A DNA stretch of 29,291 nucleotides from Fidelibacterota bacterium (GTDB lineage: Bacteria; Fidelibacterota; Marinisomatia; Marinisomatales; TCS55). The notes under the pieces are model-generated. The model did no database searches. It saw only the letters and a list, made by a program, of their open reading frames with translations, and was not told the DNA's origin. Position numbers and translations under genes: made by a program. Location of the stretch: assembly GCA_027251445.1 (NCBI GenBank), contig JAPNQO010000080.1:1-29291 (forward strand), written 5' to 3'. Below, in pieces: positions 25,931-29,291 of the stretch (positions are counted from its first letter, which is position 1; the number at the start of each line of letters is the position of its first letter).

Positions 25931-25972
25931 TTTGTATAGTTCTCACCCAAAGCAATTTTTGCTCTATACAAA
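25931..25972. repeat. Inverted repeat between pntB and the pilin gene (possible operator or RNA stem)
   Basis: TTTGTATAG (25931-25939) / CTATACAAA (25964-25972), enclosing a nested AGCAA-TTT-TTGCT (25951-25963). Confidence 0.5.
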
Positions 25973-26039
25973 AAGAACGTTTTATTGAGGAAGATTACTT
26001 ACAGAAAAAAAGAAAAAATAAAATTGGATTTATTTAGAA

Positions 26040-27416
26040 CTATTTTAGTTCAGATACAAGTTTTGAAACTGTATCTTTTGCGTCTCCAAAAATCATAATC
26101 GTATTGTCTTTATAAAATAATTCATTTTCAATACCAGCAAAACCTGGATTCATACTTCGTTTTAGTACGAATACAGTCTGACTTTTATCGACATCTAATA
26201 TGGGCATACCGAAAATGGGGCTATTAGTATCATGCCTTGCAGCCGGGTTTACTACATCATTTGCACCAATAACTAGCGTAACATCTGTTTCTTCAAATTC
26301 AGGGTTAATTTGATCCAGATCATATAAGCTGTCATAGGGAACATTTGCTTCTGCAAGTAATACATTCATATGGCCGGGCATTCTTCCAGCAACAGGATGA
26401 ATTGCGTATTTTACAGAGACTCCTTTTTGTTCAAGCAATTTTTGTAATTCATGAACCATATGCTGTGCTTGTGCAACAGCAAGTCCGTATCCCGGCACAA
26501 TCACGACCTGTTTCGCATTTTCAAAAATTACTACGGTATCTTCAGGTTCGTATGATTTTATAGATTTCATGGGGTCTAGCTGTGTTGAATCTATATTTAC
26601 ATCTGTAGATCCTACTCCTGCAAATAGCACATTCCAAATTGTACGGTTCATACCTTTGCACATAATATCAGTTAAAATTATTCCACTTGCCCCAACAAGA
26701 GATCCACTAATTATAAGAGCATCATTTTGAATCACAAATCCAGTTGCACATGCTGCAAGTCCTGAAAAAGAGTTTAATAAAGAAATTACAACTGGCATAT
26801 CTGCACCCCCGATTGGTAAAACAAATAGTATACCAAGCAATAATGAAACCCCAATTGTAATTAAAAACATATTATTTGTTTGCAGAGGATTTAAATGACC
26901 ATATACTGATGAAAATATTATAAGTAATACCAATAATCCATTGAAGATATGTTGCCCTTTAAACTGCACAGGAGATCCTCGCATGATACCTTGTAATTTT
27001 AAAAAGGCAATAAAACTACCAGAAAATGTTACTGAACCAATGAGGATACTAAGTGTGATTATAAAGAAAATAAAAATTGGTAATAAGTCAGCACGATAAA
27101 ACTCCGCAGTAGCCACTAGCAAAGAAGCTGCACCACCAAAACCATTAAATAATGCTACTAGCTGTGGCATAGATGTCATTTCTACTCGTTTTGCAAGGAT
27201 CGCTCCAATTGCACTACCAATCAGGATAGCAATAAATATAGATTGAAAATCAAGTATTTGATTATTTAATAAAGTAGCAACTATTGCAAGCAACATTCCT
27301 ATTGAAGCTGTCCTATTTCCTTTCGGGGCTGTCCTTGGATGAGAAAGCTGTTTTAATCCAAGAATGAAAAAAACGGCAGAAATAAGATAAATTATTGGTA
27401 TGACTAAATTTTGCAA
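26040..27416 (-). CDS. pntB: NAD(P) transhydrogenase subunit beta
   Basis: VEMTSMPQLVALFNGFGG, IGGADMPVVISLLNS, VPGYGLAVAQAQ, IHPVAGRMPGHMNVLLAEA and GANDVVNPAA. TTG start. Confidence 0.97.
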   Translation of the reverse strand: MQNLVIPIIYLISAVFFILGLKQLSHPRTAPKGNRTASIGMLLAIVATLLNNQILDFQSIFIAILIGSAIGAILAKRVEMTSMPQLVALFNGFGGAASLLVATAEFYRADLLPIFIFFIITLSILIGSVTFSGSFIAFLKLQGIMRGSPVQFKGQHIFNGLLVLLIIFSSVYGHLNPLQTNNMFLITIGVSLLLGILFVLPIGGADMPVVISLLNSFSGLAACATGFVIQNDALIISGSLVGASGIILTDIMCKGMNRTIWNVLFAGVGSTDVNIDSTQLDPMKSIKSYEPEDTVVIFENAKQVVIVPGYGLAVAQAQHMVHELQKLLEQKGVSVKYAIHPVAGRMPGHMNVLLAEANVPYDSLYDLDQINPEFEETDVTLVIGANDVVNPAARHDTNSPIFGMPILDVDKSQTVFVLKRSMNPGFAGIENELFYKDNTIMIFGDAKDTVSKLVSELK

Positions 27417-27423
27417 AACAAAT

Positions 27424-27702
27424 TTATTTTTTAAACATCCTTAGCATTCTTCCTGTAACCATAAACCCTCCAACAACATTTACCATAGCTAAGACTATAG
27501 CAATCATACCTAAAGTTGCACTGATCGTACCTGGCATAGAACCAGTTGCTAGTATTGCACCTACAATAGTAATTCCTGATATTGCATTTGATCCTGACAT
27601 AAGTGGAGTATGGAGTGTAGGCGGCACTTTAGATATCACTTCAAATCCAACAAATACTGCAAGTACAAAAACATAAATTTCAATTAATAATTGTCCTGTC
27701 AC
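27424..27702 (-). CDS. pntAb: NAD(P) transhydrogenase subunit alpha part 2 (membrane)
   Basis: KVPPTLHTPLMSGSNAISG and NVVGGF.VT.RML.MF. GTG start overlaps the pntAa stop. Confidence 0.95.
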   Translation of the reverse strand: MTGQLLIEIYVFVLAVFVGFEVISKVPPTLHTPLMSGSNAISGITIVGAILATGSMPGTISATLGMIAIVLAMVNVVGGFMVTGRMLRMFKK

Positions 27703-28865
27703 GAATTTTCCTCCTTATCTCTTTCTAAAAGATCAATAACATGTTGATTCATAATTTTACCTTCATGTGTGAGCATAGTACCATTAACAACCTCATCTTC
27801 TAGATCAATATTAAGTTCACCAGCATTCAACATTTCAGTTAACAGTGCCGTAACATTTCTACTAAACATTTCGCTCGTATGATAAGATAAACTGGATGGC
27901 AAATCAAGTGGTGACAAAATATTTACACCATGACGCTCAACACTTTTACCTGGTACTGTTAATTCGCAATTCCCACCTTGTTCTGCTGCAAGATCTACAA
28001 TAACGGATCCATAACGCATGGTTTGGACCATTTCTTCAGTTATGAGCAGTGGTGCTCTTTTTCCAAAAATTTGTGCTGTTGTAATCACAGCATCAGTGGT
28101 TGGTAAATGCTCACTGATTATTGCATGCTCATGTTGATAGAAATCTTCTGACATTTCTTCTGCATAACCACCAGTAGTTTGTGCTTCTTCGCTAGTCTCT
28201 AAAGAAACAAACTCTGCACCTAAACTTTCAACCTGCTCTTTCACAATAGGTCTTGTATCAAAAGCTTTTACGCGCGCGCCCAATCTCTTTGCTGTTGCTA
28301 TAGCTTGTAGTCCTGCAACGCCTGCGCCAATAACTAATATATTGGCAGGTGAAATGGTGCCTGCAGCAGTCATCATTAACGGAAAAAATTTATTTAAAGT
28401 ACTTGCAGCTAGCAAAACTGCTTTATATCCAGCCGCTGAACTCATTGCACTTAAAGCATCCATACGCTGTGCACGTGAAATACGTGGGACTAATTCCATG
28501 GAGAATGTAGTGAGCTCTCTTTCAGCTAGTGCTTGGATATTATGAATATATTTGAACGGGCTCATAAAACCAATTATCACAGATCCTTTTTTTAGAGGAT
28601 CAACAAGTTCTAACATACCATCTTGAAGGCATACCACCTGTATTTTTAAAAATACATTTCCATTACTTATTAATTCATCATAATCAGAGACAATTGCGGC
28701 ACCAGCTTCTTCATAGTCATGTGGCCTAAAACCTGCTTCGATGCCTGCTCCCTCCTCAACAAGAATCGAAATGCCCTGTTTAGCTAGACGTTTTACACTT
28801 TCCGGCACTAAAGCAACTCGCTTTTCACCGTCAACTGATTCTTTTAATACACTAATGGTCAACAT
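27699..28865 (-). CDS. pntAa: NAD(P) transhydrogenase subunit alpha part 1 (dI, NAD-binding)
   Basis: EKRVALVP, PRISRAQRMDALS, AGYKAV, IGAGVAGLQAIATA.RLGA and VDLAAEQGGNCE. Confidence 0.96.
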   Translation of the reverse strand: MLTISVLKESVDGEKRVALVPESVKRLAKQGISILVEEGAGIEAGFRPHDYEEAGAAIVSDYDELISNGNVFLKIQVVCLQDGMLELVDPLKKGSVIIGFMSPFKYIHNIQALAERELTTFSMELVPRISRAQRMDALSAMSSAAGYKAVLLAASTLNKFFPLMMTAAGTISPANILVIGAGVAGLQAIATAKRLGARVKAFDTRPIVKEQVESLGAEFVSLETSEEAQTTGGYAEEMSEDFYQHEHAIISEHLPTTDAVITTAQIFGKRAPLLITEEMVQTMRYGSVIVDLAAEQGGNCELTVPGKSVERHGVNILSPLDLPSSLSYHTSEMFSRNVTALLTEMLNAGELNIDLEDEVVNGTMLTHEGKIMNQHVIDLLERDKEENS

Positions 28866-28894
28866 ATTCTTATCAAATCAATGATTTCAAGGTG

Positions 28895-28925
28895 CGAAAT
28901 TACGATACAAATTAGTTAAACCAAT
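28895..28925 (-). promoter_or_regulatory. Candidate FCB-type promoter for the pnt operon
   Basis: - strand ATTG (28925-28922), 19-nt spacer, then TAATTTCG (28902-28895). One mismatch in each box to the Bacteroidetes TTTG-N19-21-TAnnTTTG consensus. About 30 nt upstream of the pntAa start. Confidence 0.35.
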
Positions 28926-29053
28926 ATCAATTGAATAATTATAATTAATGGTGCATTTTCTAATTCTGAGAAGATTATATTTTGTTGATGAAAAATAATA
29001 TAATTTTAATTGTTTTTTGCTTGTTTCAATCAAATATACTTGGAGAGAAATTA

Positions 29054-29291
29054 ATGAATGAAATGCAAAAGGCCACATTTGGCGCTGGGTGTTTTTGGTG
29101 TGTTGAGGCTGTTTTTGAGCGCTTAGATGGGGTAAAAGACGTAATGCCAGGCTACACTGGTGGATATAAAAATAATCCAACCTACAAAGAAATTTGTACT
29201 GGAATGACTGGGCATGCTGAAGGAGCTCAAGTCACATACGATTCAAAAATAATCACATTCAACGAGTTATTAGATATGTTTTGGAAATCAC
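29054..29291 (+). CDS. msrA: Peptide-methionine (S)-S-oxide reductase MsrA (partial; absent from the ORF track)
   Basis: Manual translation MNEMQKATFGAGCFWCVEAVFERLDGVKDVMPGYTGG...NPTYKEICTGMTGHAE... RBS GGAGAG at 29042-29047. Confidence 0.95.
   Translation, partial: MNEMQKATFGAGCFWCVEAVFERLDGVKDVMPGYTGGYKNNPTYKEICTGMTGHAEGAQVTYDSKIITFNELLDMFWKS

Noticed and set aside
25951..25967. Possible sigma-54 promoter for the pilin (- strand TAGAGCAAAAATTGCT)
   Set aside because: The -12 TTGCT is present but the invariant -24 GG reads AG.
25931..26030. Intrinsic terminator after pntB
   Set aside because: The U-rich tract precedes rather than follows the hairpin on the - strand, and the stem is AT-rich.
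2575..28545. All short + strand ORFs in the track (2575, 4235, 4825, 11378, 12291, 13928, 14660, 15956, 19743, 20367, 22485, 24340, 25645, 26345, 28342)
   Set aside because: They are antisense shadows lying within or across well-supported - strand genes, with no recognisable motifs.
28887..29180. 97-aa - strand ORF
   Set aside because: It overlaps msrA on the opposite strand and the divergent promoter region, and has no protein-like features.
1..29291. CRISPR arrays, tRNA/rRNA, IS/integrase or prophage genes
   Set aside because: No spaced direct repeats or such motifs were seen. The only intergenic spaces (about 200 nt each) show no cloverleaf.

Overview
AT-rich, very tightly packed diderm bacterial chromosome segment. 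An FCB-group origin such as Marinimicrobia is inferred from the C25/dockerin protein, Gln after signal peptides and gene content, but is not proven. Almost everything is on the - strand. Reading right to left: (1) a divergent partial msrA; (2) a three-gene pntAa-pntAb-pntB transhydrogenase; (3) one uninterrupted run of 22 genes from 25836 to beyond position 1, with no gap larger than 15 nt. That run contains a complete type IVa pilus locus (pilin, pilT, PilV/PilW-like, a giant ComZ-like PilX, pilMNOPQ, an Ig-repeat lipoprotein, pilBCD), a C25 gingipain-family protein with a C-terminal dockerin and no canonical catalytic His, a poly-gamma-glutamate cassette (pgsB, pgsC, pgsW), a basic secreted protein, a basic outer-membrane beta-barrel, an LVIVD lipoprotein and a large beta-propeller repeat protein. 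The best candidate for an undescribed system is a trans-envelope poly-gamma-glutamate synthesis/export machine (PgsBCW + periplasmic adaptor + electropositive porin) apparently co-transcribed with retractile pili. I saw no RNA genes, CRISPR arrays or mobile elements.
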